DNA of 53,745 bases from Octopus sinensis (taxonomy: Eukaryota), in NCBI RefSeq assembly GCF_006345805.1, contig NW_021833873.1, positions 1 to 53,745 on the forward strand. The letters are read 5' to 3'. Each line of letters begins with the position of its first letter. The first letter of the stretch is position 1. The notes below the pieces were generated by a model, which did not search any database, had not been told where the DNA came from, and saw nothing but the letters and a program-made list of their open reading frames with translations. Positions 1 to 12,897 of this stretch are shown here, piece after piece. Made by a program: the position numbers and the translations under genes.

Positions 1-180
1 ACCAGTACGATGAAGACTGCCTTGCCTTCCCAGTTTGAGGGAAGGTGACTGGCAATTGTCACGATAGACTCGGCTGACAGGCGGACTCGTGCTACACGAG
101 ACAACAGCCGTTCGGCATAAGTCCACAGATGCGAAATGGTTGGACACTGCACGAATGCGTGCAGAACGGTTTCGTCGCTC
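1..180 (-). mobile_element. Tx1-clade LINE ORF2 fragment (C-terminal zinc-finger region), runs off the window start
   Basis: Clear nucleotide similarity to ~36200-36378 of the full-length Tx1 (cacgatagactcggc...gcgtgcagaacggtttcgtcgctc), more diverged copy. Confidence 0.8.
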
Positions 181-319
181 AGAGTGAGAAAAGAAATAGA
201 GAAAGAAAGGAACAAACGTGTCTCAGATAGATAGTCACCACATGCTGAACTGACCGGTAGAGGAAGAGGGTGTTAGAGGCGTTTGAGGCATGGGAGATAA
301 CTTTGAAGTAGGCTTGAAG

Positions 320-840
320 CATGGGTGGTAAGGGAGTCAAAAATGATGTGGCATATATGTTTGTGAGCAAGCACATGTGCGAGTATGAAACTAATGTGTG
401 CGTATGTATGTGTGTATGGGCGTGTGTGTGTAAACTAGCACGTGTGTGTGAAGATAGTATGCACTGTATATGTGTATGTATGAATATGCCAGTTTGTGAG
501 AAAGCAGATACGTACGTACGTACGAAGTTAATGTGTGTGTGTATATTCTGTGCGTTGAGTGTATTGTGTACAGGCGCGTGTATGTGCATAGGGCTACCTG
601 ATACGTGTGTGTGTATAAATCTACCAGACATGTATGAGCAAGTGTGTGCAATCGCGCGTGTTTATGAAGCTAGTGTGAGCGTTTGTACGTGTATACACAT
701 GGACTTGCACATGCACACACGCGCACATCTGATAGCCCCTATACACATGCCACACATACACATGCACACACTAGCTTGATATCATACAAGTACTAGCTTA
801 CGCACAAGCGCGTCCATACCATACATACAGACGTATACAT
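320..840. repeat. Degenerate (TG)/(CA)-rich low-complexity tract
   Basis: Alternating purine-pyrimidine runs; the VC/HT-rich ORFs here are translations of it. Confidence 0.8.
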
Positions 841-884
841 TAGCTTGTCACGTAACCAGTTACATATGTGTGTATGTGAGTGTG

Positions 885-887
<3 letters not shown>

Positions 888-953
<66 letters not shown>

Positions 954-1029
954 ACAATCAAGGAACGGCCATAATAGGCCTTCACCCACTAGAAATAACA
1001 GCCAAGCTTCAACCGCCACCCTATATTGA

Positions 1030-1100
<71 letters not shown>

Positions 1101-1235
1101 CTGTATATGTATGTATATTGTATGTATATATATGTATGTAATATGCATATATGTATGTATGTATGTATGTAGGTAGGTAGGTAGGTAGGTAGGTAGGTAG
1201 GTAGGTAGGTAGGTAGGTAGCGAGGGAGGGAGGGA
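888..1235. repeat. Compound microsatellites (TA)n, (TATG)n, (TAGG)n with an ~80-bp non-repetitive island at 952-1032
   Basis: Direct reading. Confidence 0.95.
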
Positions 1236-1336
1236 GGTAAGTTTGTATGTGTGTATATATAAATGTGTGTATACAGGCAAACAAATGGACAGAATTAGTC
1301 GTGTCTTCTTTTTTTCTACATTCTTTCTTTTTTTTT

Positions 1337-1895
1337 CTTTATCCCCGTCTGTCTTGATAGACAATGGGTTGCGCCAAGGGTGGGGCCTACTTTGATGATG
1401 TGCAGCGTCTGCTGTGACTGAACAGTCCAATTCTAGAGTGGCAGTCCTTGGTACAGTTGCTGCACACGAACATCGATGGGTACGTGTGGGGTGTTGCTGC
1501 AGTTGTCCTTCTCCTGTCCCGCCTGTCCAACCCATCTGTGCTCTCCTCTCCTCAGCCATGGAAACGCCTTTCCTCACCGTCCGACGCAGGCAGGGCGGTC
1601 AGCAGCTGTTTCCTCCCACGTGTCCACACAGATGTTGGCAGTCCTCAGGTCGCGCTTGCACACGTCCTGTATCGTAGCTGTGGACGTCCCTTGGGTCGGG
1701 ATCCCGTGGTGAGTTCGCTGTACAGGATGTCTTTAGGCATGCGACCGTCCTGCATGCGGCAGACGTATCCGAACCAGCGCAGTCGTCTCCGCACGAGGAG
1801 GGCATACATGCTTGGCATATTAGTCTGTTCCAGGATGACTCCGTTTGGTACTCGGTCCTTCCAGGAGATGCCAAGGATCCGTCGATATGTACTGA
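1337..1895 (-). mobile_element. RTE-clade LINE, 5'-truncated 3' end
   Basis: RRILGISWKDRVPN...RRRLRWFGYVCRMQDGRMPKDILYSELTTGSRPKGRPQLRY is the typical RTE post-RT C-terminus; RTE-like end (ccattgtctatcaagacagacgg) followed by an A-rich tail. Confidence 0.9.
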
Positions 1896-2050
1896 ACAAA
1901 AGTGAGCAATGAGAAGTAAGAATGTCTAGTGGCATGTATATAACCAAGATAGACAAATACGGGTATATGAAATTGCATACAGCATACGTGATGCATTCAA
2001 AAAGCATGCAAATTATTTTTTTCTGGCAAAACTAATGGCGCATGGGCAAA

Positions 2051-2309
2051 ACCCTTTCGGTGAGAGGTGACCCCCACCCTTTCTGTGCGGACGTGAAAAC
2101 TTTCATGCCTGTAAGCCGCGTCACTTCTTGGAGAATGTCGGTGAAATTCGTCTCGAATGTGCAGAAGCAACTCCGCATGGAAATCACTCAAGACATTTTG
2201 GACTGTGCAAACCATAACCTAGTCTTCATGAAGGCCATCATCACTGTTGATATGACATGGGATTCTGATTTCTGTTGATGTAACATAGGATTTTGCCTTC
2301 GATTGTCTT
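2051..2309 (+). mobile_element. Mariner transposase fragment; left arm of a long inverted repeat
   Basis: RMSVKFV-NVQKQLRMEITQDILDCANHNLVFMKAIITVDMTW resembles mariner RRVSAKFVP...IITGDETW; reverse complement of 3068-3330. Confidence 0.8.
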
Positions 2310-2344
2310 GCATGGTGAAAATCCGACGTGTGCGCAGTACATGT

Positions 2345-2905
2345 CTAACACTCTTCGCATGCACAAATCCACAAAATGGATTGCACTGAATCTGTACCTA
2401 TTTTCCACTTCGTTGGGCAAATTCCCGGATTGTAACACGACGATTTTCCATGACTATTCATTGGATTTTCTCAATCGGCTCCTCGTTTCGGCTTGTTGAT
2501 GACCTACTTGAGCGTACCTTGCTCTCCGCTGTGAAGCGGCCATGTTTGAAGTGGTTGTATCATTCTTTAATCTGAGTTTTTCCCATGGCATCTCGCCAAA
2601 GGCCTGCTGAATCTTTTTGATAGTTTGAGCTTGAATATCAGCAAGCTTTTGGCAAAACTTGGTGCTATATCTCTTATCTCAGCTCGAATTTGTTGTTCGG
2701 TCATCTTGCGAGATAGCGAAAATCCGACGGGTGCACACTACACGTTTGTGCTATAAGTGTAACAGCAAGGAAGTGAGCGGCCGACCGGCGCAAAAATTGT
2801 CACGCTTCGGTAGGAAGGGTGGCGTAATCTCCCGTCCAAAGGATTTTGCCCACGCGACATTAGTTTTTGGAGGGAAAAAAATTTCGAAATTATCTGCGCG
2901 TCTAT
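2345..2905 (-). mobile_element. Mariner 5' half (upstream region and HTH-coding part), decayed
   Basis: Minus strand from ATG at ~2704 reads, with frameshifts, MTEQQ...KFCQKL.DIQAQTIKKIQQAFG.DAMGKTQIKE...MENRRVTIRE...DLCMRRV, the mariner N-terminus. Confidence 0.75.
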
Positions 2906-3067
2906 GTTATAATTACCAGGAGATTAAGAAAAGCTCCGTACGAGAAAGGGAGATAATCTCGAAAATCAAGATTTTCTCCAAAGCTGACTTGTCATTAAAG
3001 AAAAAGACAGTCTTGTGTACAGAACTGCTCTTAATATATTGGTTTTATTTATTTTGTCCTCTCTAGA

Positions 3068-3330
3068 AAGACGATCGAAGGCGAAATCCTATGTCACATC
3101 AACAGAAATCAGAATCCCATGTCATATCAACAGTGATGATGGCCTTCATGAAGTCTAGGTTGTGGTTTGCACAGACGAAAATGTCTTGAGTGATTTCCAT
3201 GCGGAGTTGCTTCTGCACATTCGAGACGAATTTCACCGACATTCTCCAAGAAGTGACGTGGCTTACAGGCATGAAAGCTTTCACGTCCGCACAGAAAGGG
3301 TGAGGGGGGGTCACCTCTCACCGAAAGGGT
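3068..3330 (-). mobile_element. Mariner transposase fragment; right arm of the inverted repeat
   Basis: About 96% identical to the reverse complement of 2051-2309 (9 substitutions and one short indel by eye). Confidence 0.8.
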
Positions 3331-3740
3331 GATTAAACAGTAATTAAACTAAGTGAAATATTGATTTTAAATATGTTAACTTGTCAAACGTGACCAGATA
3401 TTTAGGTCAGGTTTTTCTCATCTCTATATCTGTATGTACTATATATAAGTCAATACTTTATCGATGACACCTACAAAGAACGAAACATGCTCGGAGCTGT
3501 CTCACATTCTAAATAGATAGTTTTTCTCTTTTCTTTTTCTTTTTCTATTTTATTTTTTCCTTTCTCGTTGTTGTCCTGATCGTGTAGACCTAAAATCAAA
3601 GACGTTCAAACTTTCCTGTCATTTTATTCGGACATTGTGTATAAGTCTTCCTTATCCAATCAGTTTTTCCATTTTTGATTCAGCGGGATGTAATTTGAGA
3701 GAGAATTCGTCTATTTTTTAGTAGGTCGAGTAACCAAGTA

Positions 3741-3773
<33 letters not shown>

Positions 3774-4942
3774 ATTATTTCTCTCTCTCTCTCTTTCTTT
3801 CTCCTTCTCTCTTTTCCTCTTCTTCACACACATACTCTCTCTCTCTCTCTCTCTCAGTCTCTTTTAAAAATAAGCAGTATATTGGAAAAAGAGACCGACA
3901 GATGGCCATATTGATAAATTGGCTGACAACCAACGTCCAATGTAGTGAATATCAAAAATCTAGTCAGAATTAATTGCGTGGTAAGGAAAAAAAACAACAT
4001 TAGTTCAATGAATTATATCATTTTAATAACTTCACCTAGCACGGGAGACAAATCCGAACATGTTTCGTTCTTTTTAGTCGTTATCATACCTACCAAAATA
4101 GTGATAAGTGAATCCCTGCGTACACTGCTGTACTTAGCCACGTTTGTCAGATTAACATACTTAAAATTATTATATCACTTAGGTTAATTACTGTATGACG
4201 CCATCCACATGAAAAAAAAAAACGAATTGGGTTACTGCTGTATTTTCTTCGCTGCATAATTATTTCCAATCAAATGCTCCATGCTCACTGCATTGAGTAC
4301 GTTTATACCGACTTACTTATTCCTGTTTTTTTTTCTTTTCTTTTCTCTCATGCGGACAGAGCCTCTAAGTGAATTAATCTCGGTGATTTATTCGGATTTA
4401 TATTCAATTTCGTCTAATTGCGATAGCGCGATATAATTCTCTATGACAAACAGCTCGCAAGTTCATTGTAATTGATTAATGGTTCGATAGGTTGGTACTG
4501 TCGAATCAAATTTCTCCAACATCCTCTTCAAAGAGAAGATTTATTTCTTTGTCCTCTGAAGAAACGTTAAGAAATCTATACGTAAGCAACGGAATTATTA
4601 ATCGTTATTGTTAAGAAAATTATTGTAAATGATTTGTGTGTCTGGCAGAACCTGTGAAGCATCGGACTAAATGCTTTACAATAATTATTTCCGTTCCTTT
4701 CTGCATCACTTTACCTTTCGTTCAATAAAATGTTAATAGCAGCAGATTCCAGTTGACATTACAGAATCCCTCTCCTCACACACAAATTCGTTGTCACGTG
4801 GTCATGTGTTCATATTGTGAGTAGTCTAATCTCATGTATAATATTTTGTCTAATAGATATCTTTCTTCAATTGACGATCAGAATAATTTTAATGGCCGCT
4901 TATTAAGCCAGTCATTGTGGTTAATATTGATTTGGAACTATA

Positions 4943-5170
4943 TATTTCTCTACTGCCCACAAGGGGCTAAACATAGAGGGGGCATACAAGGACAGACAAA
5001 GGGATTAAGTCGATTACATCGACCCAGTGAACTGGTACTTTATTTATCGACCCCGAAAGGATGAAAGGCAAAGTCGACCTCGGCAGAATTTGAACTCAGA
5101 ACGTAACAGCAGACGAAATACTGCTAAGCATTTCGCCCGGCGCGCTAACGTTTCTGCCAGCTCGCCGCCT
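4943..5170 (-). mobile_element. tRNA-derived SINE, family B (ggcggcgagctggcagaa... head)
   Basis: Six similar copies in the window; B-box-like GAGTTCAAATTC; 11-bp TSD ttgg[a/g]actata at 4932-4942 and 5171-5181. Confidence 0.9.
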
Positions 5171-5525
5171 TTGGGACTATAGTAGAAGACACTTGCCCAA
5201 CGTTCCACGCAAAGTGCTTTAGAAGCAAACTTCTTTACATAAAACTACGTATGAACCACGACTTTGTTAAAAATTATTTTGCTACCCAATGATCGATGAT
5301 CCCTTATTGATTATTGCTGTAGTGGCTGTTTTTGTTTTTGTTATTTTTAAGATAAGGATCTATGTTTAAATGAATTAATTCTCGTGTATCGTTGCTACTT
5401 ATTGAATTATTGATTTACCGTGTTATTGATCTCTAGGCATGGGGCCTATAAGAGTAGAATTTTGAACCCAGAATGTCAAAGGTTTGAAGATGCTTTCCGT
5501 GACCTACACCTGCGCAACTCGAGTT

Positions 5526-6039
5526 TGTGTGCGCGCGTGTGTGTGTGTGGTTTGTATGTGTGTGTATTTCTGTATGAGTGTATCTGTGTGTGTGTGTGTG
5601 TTTGTGTGTATGTATGTCAGCGTGTAGTCATGTTTATGTGTGTGTGCAGGGAAGAGGAAGGGCGTGTGTGTATGTGTGCGTGTTTTGTACATGTATGTAC
5701 CTTTTGTATATGTACGTTAGAGGTGGCATCTGTGTGCATGTGTGTATTTCTGTGAGTGTTTCAACGTGTGTGTTTATATATGAGTATTTGTGTGCCTGTC
5801 TGTACGTATGTGCATGTACCTGTGCATTTTTTTGTCTTTGTGTGCATTCGTATGTGTATGCTTGTGTTTGTGTGTATACGTGTTAGTCTGTTTCTGAGTT
5901 TGTGTGTGTGTGTGAGTGTGTGTGTGTGTGTATGCGCGTGTGTGCGTGTGAGTGTGTGTGCGTGTGCGTGTGCGTGTGAGTGTGTGTGCGTGTGTGTGTG
6001 TGTGTGCGCGTGTGAGTGTGTGTGCGTGTGTGTGTGTGT

Positions 6040-6072
<33 letters not shown>

Positions 6073-6090
6073 TCTGTGTGTGTGTGTACA
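5526..6090. repeat. (TG)n/(CGTG)n compound microsatellite
   Basis: Direct reading. Confidence 0.95.
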
Positions 6091-6472
6091 CCTGCGTTTG
6101 TGCGCGATTTCAAAATAAAAGTAGCATGAAGAAGAGATCAAACATTCCAGAAGCCGAAATGTATGTTGTAAGTCATAGAATCTTCCCGAAAGTAAACATT
6201 TAGAATTATAGCCAAATATTGTTATTCTGTAACAAATCTAAACATTTCAAAATGTGAATCTGGAATATAAACTTTTTCTTTTAATGCTTTTATCTGTTCT
6301 GCATTTACTCAATTGTACACTAAATTCTTATCATTCACTGGTTTTGCATGGATTAAAAATAACTTCTGGTAAACCATACCCTATATCAGTTGGTTGGTTT
6401 GTTGGTTGTTTGGTTGGTTGTTTGGTCTCTCTAGTCAGGTTTTACATTGTATATATATATATATATATATAT

Positions 6473-6520
<48 letters not shown>

Positions 6521-6521
<1 letters not shown>

Positions 6522-6824
6522 GTTGTTTTGTTGTTTGTTCCTTCCCGAGCCAAGCCATGACTGGCTCATAAGGGCCGGTTTCCCGGTTTCATTGACGTGC
6601 AGGTTCCGCACCTGACGGGGCGCCGGTCCGTCGCAGGTGAGCTGCTAAATGCTGGAAGAAAGAGTGAGGGAAAGTTGTGGCGAAAGAGTCAGCAGAAGTT
6701 TGCCATTACCTTCTGTCGGAACCGCGGGGAATCTAGGTGTTTCGCTTATAAACAGATACATCACCCGATCTGAGATTCGAACCCGCAATCCCTCGACCGC
6801 TAATCCGCTACTCTGACCACTAGG
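6521..6824 (-). mobile_element. tRNA-derived SINE, family C, with (AAC)n-like tail
   Basis: Minus strand begins cctagtggtcagag (A box) ... gggttcgaatctc (B box), ~250-bp body, short aac-rich tail. Confidence 0.75.
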
Positions 6825-6980
6825 TTGGGTTAGATATATATGTACTGTATATGCTGATGCTGTGAGCATTTGGAACTGCCAGAAGTGGCTTGACAAATTA
6901 CGAAACAAAAAAAAAATTATGATTTCAATCTTTTGGACGGGTATCAATCAGAAAGACCAACTGTTCTCAATAATGACACA

Positions 6981-7392
6981 GGCGCAGGAGTGGCTGTGTG
7001 GTAAGTAGCTTGCTAACCAACCACATGGTTCCGGGTTCAGTCCCACTGCGTGGCATCTTGGGCAAGTGTCTTCTGCTATAGCCCCGGGCCGACCAATGCC
7101 TTGTGAGTAGATTTGGTAGACGGAAACTGAAAGAAGCCTGTCTTATATATGTATATATATATATGTGTGTGTGTGTGTTTGTATGTCTGTGTTTGTCCCC
7201 CTAGCATTGCTTGACAACCGATGCTGGTGTGTTTACGTCCCCGTCACTTAGCGGTTCGGCAAAAAAAAGAGACCGATAGAATAAGTACTAGGCTTACAAA
7301 GAATAAGTCCCGGGGTCGATTTGCACGACTAAAGGCGGTGCTCCAGCATGGCCGCAGTCAAATGACTGAAACAAGTAAGAGAGTAAAAAGAG
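6981..7392 (+). mobile_element. CORE-type tRNA SINE, family A, with internal (TA)/(TG) microsatellite
   Basis: tRNA head (gtggctgtgtggtaag; gggttcagtccc), CORE-like ttgggcaagtgtcttc; near-identical copy at 16635-17051. Confidence 0.9.
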
Positions 7393-7709
7393 AATGAAAA
7401 CAGCAGATGAATAGGATCTGCATCAGAATATTGGGTAAGTGGCTCGAACGCTTAAGTAAACCTTGATCCGCTGATCAAGATTACTTCAAGCAGAGAGGGA
7501 AAAGTGTATAGAGAAAGGAAGTCCCTCATGATAACAAGAAACCCAAGAAAAGTTCAACTACACGAATCAAGTTCAACAAGACAAACCAAGAAAAAAATAA
7601 CTTCATTGGACTGAGAAGCTCTGTCGCACCTTCCCTACTCGCCATGCCTTGCACCATCAGATGTTCACTTATTCAGGTCACTTGAACACTTTACCAGTGG
7701 GAAAATATT

Positions 7710-7920
7710 TATTTCTTTACTACCCACAAGGGGCTAAACACAGAGGGAACAAACAAGGAGAGACATCGACCCCAGTGCGTAACTGGTACTTGATTTATCG
7801 ACCCCGAAAGGATGAAAGGCAAAGTCGACCTCGGCGGAATTTGAACCCAGAACATAACGGCAGACGAAATACGGTTACGTATTTCACCCGGCGTGCTAAC
7901 GTTTTTGCCAGCTCGCCGCC
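7710..7920 (-). mobile_element. SINE family B (left member of tandem pair)
   Basis: Aligns with other family B copies, with a small internal deletion. Confidence 0.9.
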
Positions 7921-7952
7921 TTTTTTTTTTAATTTTTTTTCTTTTAAATACC

Positions 7953-8170
7953 TATTTCTTTATTACCCACAAGGGGCTAAACACAGAGGGGACATAGTTA
8001 TTAAGTCGATTATATCAATCCCAGTGCGTAACTGGTACTTATTTAATCGACCCCGAAAGGATGAAAGGCAAAGTCGACCTCGGCGGAATTTGAACTCAGA
8101 ACGTAACGACAGACAAAATACGGCTACGCATGTCGCCCGGCGTGCTAACGTTTCTGCCAGCTTGCCGCCT
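7953..8170 (-). mobile_element. SINE family B (right member of tandem pair)
   Basis: Aligns with other copies; the pair is bracketed by gtgggaaaatatt at 7697-7709 and 8173-8185. Confidence 0.9.
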
Positions 8171-8439
8171 TTGTGGGAAAATATTGAGAAGCAGGGACGA
8201 TGGCGAAACGGCACCTCAGAAACTTTTCTCTTCTATAGAAGAATCAAGAAACTGGCTTTGCAGTGGGAAAGTGTTATTGGTTAACAATGGAGATCTTCTT
8301 TTGGGCGAATAAATATATTTGAATTCATTACGTGAAATGTGACATGACTTTTCGCTACTCCTAGTATATACACACACACACATAAATATACATATTTATA
8401 CGCACAAACACATACACACACATGTATGTAAGTATATAT

Positions 8440-8670
8440 ATTTCTTTACTACCCACAAGGGGCTAAACACAGAGGGGACAAACAAGGACAGACAAGGCGA
8501 TTAAGTCGAGTCCATCAACCCCAGTGCGTAACTGGTACTTATTTAATCGACCCCGAAAGGATGAAAGGCAAAGTCGACCTCGGCGGAATTTGAACTCAGA
8601 ACGTAACGGCAGACGAAATATGGCTACGCATTTCGCCCGGCGTGCTACCGTTTCTGCCAGCTCGCCGCCT
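8440..8670 (-). mobile_element. SINE family B, full length
   Basis: 17-bp perfect TSD tgtatgtaagtatatat at 8423-8439 and 8674-8690. Confidence 0.95.
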
Positions 8671-8683
8671 TTTTGTATGTAAG

Positions 8684-8730
<47 letters not shown>

Positions 8731-8938
8731 TATGTATGTATGTATGTATGTATGTATGTATGTATGTATGTATGTATGTATGTATGAGAACGTCCGCGTG
8801 TATAGTGAGAGAACGCTTCTACCAGATCGACAAGTAAGAAAGCCTCAATTCTTTTTCCTAATTTCTTCTTCATACCACAAGCTATTTCGGCTCATTGCGT
8901 TGCTAGGAAAAAGGGAAAAAATCTGTCTACGGTAAGAT

Positions 8939-9667
8939 ATGACATCGAAAATTACACTCGGCAACGACATGTTGAGACCATTCTGTGGCCAAGGCGACGT
9001 GGTGGCCTGAATAAAGAAGGTGAAGCTGGTAGCAAAATTACAGGGGATACAGGACGTAGCCAGCCTTCTACCGTTGTATTTAGAAGGTAGCGCGCTGAGT
9101 TTGCATCTAGAGATATCGGAAGACGATCGTCAAAAGATCGAAAAGATTGAGGAAAGGCTGAAAGTTGCTTATACGGAGGGAGCCTTTATGGCGTATAGTA
9201 AGTTCGGAAGCGTGAAGTGGACCAGATAACAGGTCGACGACTACGCGAGTGAGATTAGGAGATTGGTGGCTTTAGCAGGGATTTCCGGCGAGGCAATGGA
9301 GGGTGTTGTGAGGTTGGCCTTTGTGACAGGATTTCCCGATCACGTCTCAATAAGTTTGCAGAAGCTACCGGGAATCCGCACCATGCTGGCGAGCGAGTTG
9401 ATAGAGCGTACTCGCGTCATAATTCAGAACAACACACGCGATGTAGTTTGTACGATAACGGAGACGAGAACGACAAAGAGGTGAATGGAAACTAACGGGA
9501 AGAAGAATGAGGCGAGAGAAGATGGGCGAACGACGAAGGGACCATCTTTCAGGTGTCGGGGTCCTCATGTAGTCAGAGACTGCACGGCACCGAAACCAGA
9601 AGTGGTGTGCTACCGGTGTGACTAGCCTGGACACATTGCTAACCAATGTAAACAGGGAAACGGATAG
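8939..9667 (+). pseudogene. gag: Gypsy gag with CCHC knuckles, disrupted
   Basis: MLRPFCGQGDVVA*IKKVKLVAKLQGIQDVASLLPLYLEGSAL...CYRCD*PGHIANQC; stops and a frameshift. Confidence 0.8.
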
Positions 9668-9719
9668 ATGGGAGCTACTGCGCCGGTAGCCACCCCGTCA
9701 ACCGATTAGAAGCGCGCTC

Positions 9720-11272
9720 GCGGTCACTGCCAATAATAAACGTTCGGGTGGGGTCGAGAGAGGCTCGAGTCCTTGTGGATACTGGTTGCACTACAACCTT
9801 GGTGACTGTAAAAATGGTGACTAGCGCAGTGGATGGCAGGAAAGTGAGGTGCAGAGGCGAGAGCGGAATACAATTGATAGTGCAAGGGTTGGCAGTGAAA
9901 GTTCAGACGATTGTTATCGACGAAGTGGTGGACTGCATTGACGTAGTCGTGGGAATGGACGTGATTGTCCGGCTGGGTGGCGTGACAGTAGGCGAGAAGG
10001 GAGTGGAATTCGGCAACCGATGCGCTGCGTGTTATGAGTATGGAGAGGCGGGGGAAGGCTCTGAGAGCGACGGAACGCAAGTAGAAAAAGGGGACGATGT
10101 ATGCGACATTGAAGACGAGGACTTCCGGGCCAAATTCGATGGCACACGATGGACGGTGGCGTACATCTGGAAGAGCGAACCCCCGGTGTTGCGAGGGTGA
10201 GCTGTTACAAACGGAGCCAGGAATGAATTCGAGAGGGGGCTGGATCGATGGATAGAGGAGGGTATCTTGAGGCCATGGGAAGGAGAAGAGAAAGATGGTA
10301 TGTTGCCCTTAATAGCTGTGGTCCAGCCCACGAAGAACAAGGTTTGACCAGTACTCGATTTCTGTGAACTGAATGAGCACGTGTCATGCCATTTGGGTGG
10401 TGAGGCAGCAGACGTCTGCTGGGAAACTTTGCGGATTCGGAGGCTATCTGCAAACTTTGGAAGTTTCTTGAGGTACAAAAGTAGAACTTACTGCTTGACT
10501 CCGTTGGGGTTTGGATTGAGTTCGGCACCAAAAGTTATAGCAAAGGTCCTAAAGACGGTCTTGGGGAAGGTGGCCGAGTTGGAGCAAGTGACTAATTCAT
10601 ACATCGATGACATCCATGTTGATGAGAGTGTAGCGACGGCAGAGGAAGTCGTAGATCATCTGAAGAAGTTTGGGCTGACTGCTAAACCGCCAGAGGCCAT
10701 AGAAGGAGGCGCTGCGCTGGGGCTCAATATTGAAAGAGATAAGATGGGCAGGTTTGTTTACGCCGAGGAAATGGACCTGAGCAAAGTTATGGGTAGACGA
10801 GAACTCTTCTCCGTGTGTGGAAAGCTGGTGGGACACTACCCAATTGCAGTGTGGCTCCGGACAGCATGCAGCTTCATCAAGAGTCGTGCCGAAGGAGTAA
10901 AGTGGAGTGACAAAATAGAGAAGACAACTGCCACGATGCAAGACGTTTTGGAGAGAGTGAGCGCGGAGGATCCAATGAGGGGCAGCTGGAATGTGCCCAA
11001 AACAAAAAAAGGGAGTTGTTTAGTATGATGCAAGTAGCATCGCAATAGGAGTCATCCTGGAAGTGGGGGGTGTAGAGCTGGAAGATGCAGCTTTGTTCAG
11101 AAAAAGGGTGATTGCAGCCACGTCAAAGTGACTGAATTAGATGCTGAACTAAAGGGCGGGAACTTGGCACTGAGATGGGGGCTCCACGAATTGGAAATTC
11201 GAACTGATTCGGCCACAGTAAAAGGGTGGGTGGCATTAGCGATCAGCAATAAAAGGAGAATCCGCACAAATG
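9720..11272 (+). pseudogene. pol: Gypsy pol (aspartic protease, RT, RNase H), disrupted
   Basis: LVDTGCTTT protease site; LGFGLSSAP and SYIDDI RT motifs; DASSIAIG, ELDA, IRTDS RNase H motifs; frameshifts and an internal RT deletion. Confidence 0.85.
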
Positions 11273-12277
11273 GAGGAATATACAAATTGAAGGGAAAGCA
11301 GAACAGATCTTTTAGTATAGGAATTCATAAGGTTCTTTCTACTGAGTAGGATGTCAAATGATTTCCCAAGGTGCACAGATTTGACTAATCGATGGTGTTA
11401 CTCTATTTCACAGAATATTTTAAAATTACAAAATTTTAAATATTTATTTATAAAATTAAGCCGAGGGTCAGACTAAACCTTGACATGGGCTATATATGTT
11501 TGATACCCCTGCTGTATATGACTGTAGTCTACCTAGCTTAAAGAAGCAGCCCATTTTCCTTTCATATTTTTAATTAAATTAGGATAATGAGGCCCTGAAT
11601 ACACCTCGGTCCGAAAAATAAAAACTGACCAAAACAAAAAGGAAGAATTAGTCACGGTTTCAATATATTTGAGAATAGGGTTCTTGGATTAGAACTGCTG
11701 TGGAATTAAAGGAATACAACAGCGACATCAGCAACAATAATAACGATATGTAGTTATTTCTGAAAACAACGGGCAAATTTTCCAACAGAATTTTATTAAA
11801 TGCTGATTAGGAAGGAATGTACTAAAACTGTTTTAATGACTTGTAGTGACACGGTATTTCATTATGCAATATGCTATAAACTACATTAAACATTTTAATA
11901 AGTCAATACCATGTTCTACTGTGTTAGCAGTGCTTTTACATAACTTGTTATGGTTATCTGCAGATGATTTTCTATAGAAATCGTAGTCAGTACTGATTTT
12001 GTTACGTTTCGTATCCGAGATGCTTGTGATGTAAACAACAACGAGTTCGAAGATTTAAAAAATGGGTAATGCGCGTATATGACATATTTCAAATGTTTTT
12101 GCTCCTTCATCAGAAACTATCCAACCCATTAATCCTGATGGAACACATAACTTAAATAGCCACTAAATACAGTGGTGTAACGCTATTGGATACAACAGTT
12201 TTACATATTAAACACATTCTTGGCAGCTGGTACGTAAATATTAATGACCTGTAGGACACAAAACACATATGCAATAT

Positions 12278-12897
<620 letters not shown>

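Larger units (their letters stand above)
8781..11272 (+). mobile_element. Ty3/Gypsy LTR retrotransposon, decayed and 3'-truncated (no integrase or 3' LTR seen)
   Basis: Order gag, protease, RT, RNase H; 8781-8878 (TG...CA) may be a 5' LTR remnant (low certainty). Confidence 0.85.

Noticed and set aside
1165-1222. (TAGG)n as telomere-like repeat
   Set aside because: Not TTAGGG; ordinary tetranucleotide tract within a compound microsatellite.
179-1284. Long ORFs rich in HT/VC/YI (also 5420-6141, 12241-12938, 13931-14429, 17868-18265, 42346-43666)
   Set aside because: Translations of di- and tetranucleotide microsatellites.
4352-4581. Exon-like segments near 4352 and 4491-4581
   Set aside because: The first runs into a stop or a weak donor; the second lacks a pyrimidine tract; not distinguishable from chance.
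6780-6824. tRNA-like A and B boxes (also heads of SINE A, B, D and 52245-52270)
   Set aside because: No complete cloverleaf; each continues into a SINE body or is a fragment.
7649-8284. 211-aa ORF with an internal repeat
   Set aside because: It reads through two antisense SINE B copies.
7697-8690. Repeated similar units resembling a CRISPR array
   Set aside because: Units are ~230-bp SINEs with TSDs, not 25-45-bp repeats with regular spacers; no cas genes; eukaryotic context.
8781-11272. Alternative call as a DIRS element
   Set aside because: An aspartic protease motif (LVDTG) is present and no tyrosine recombinase is seen.
12075-12116. CUGAUGA on the minus strand, possible third hammerhead
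   Set aside because: No stem II or stem I complementarity before the next GAAA.
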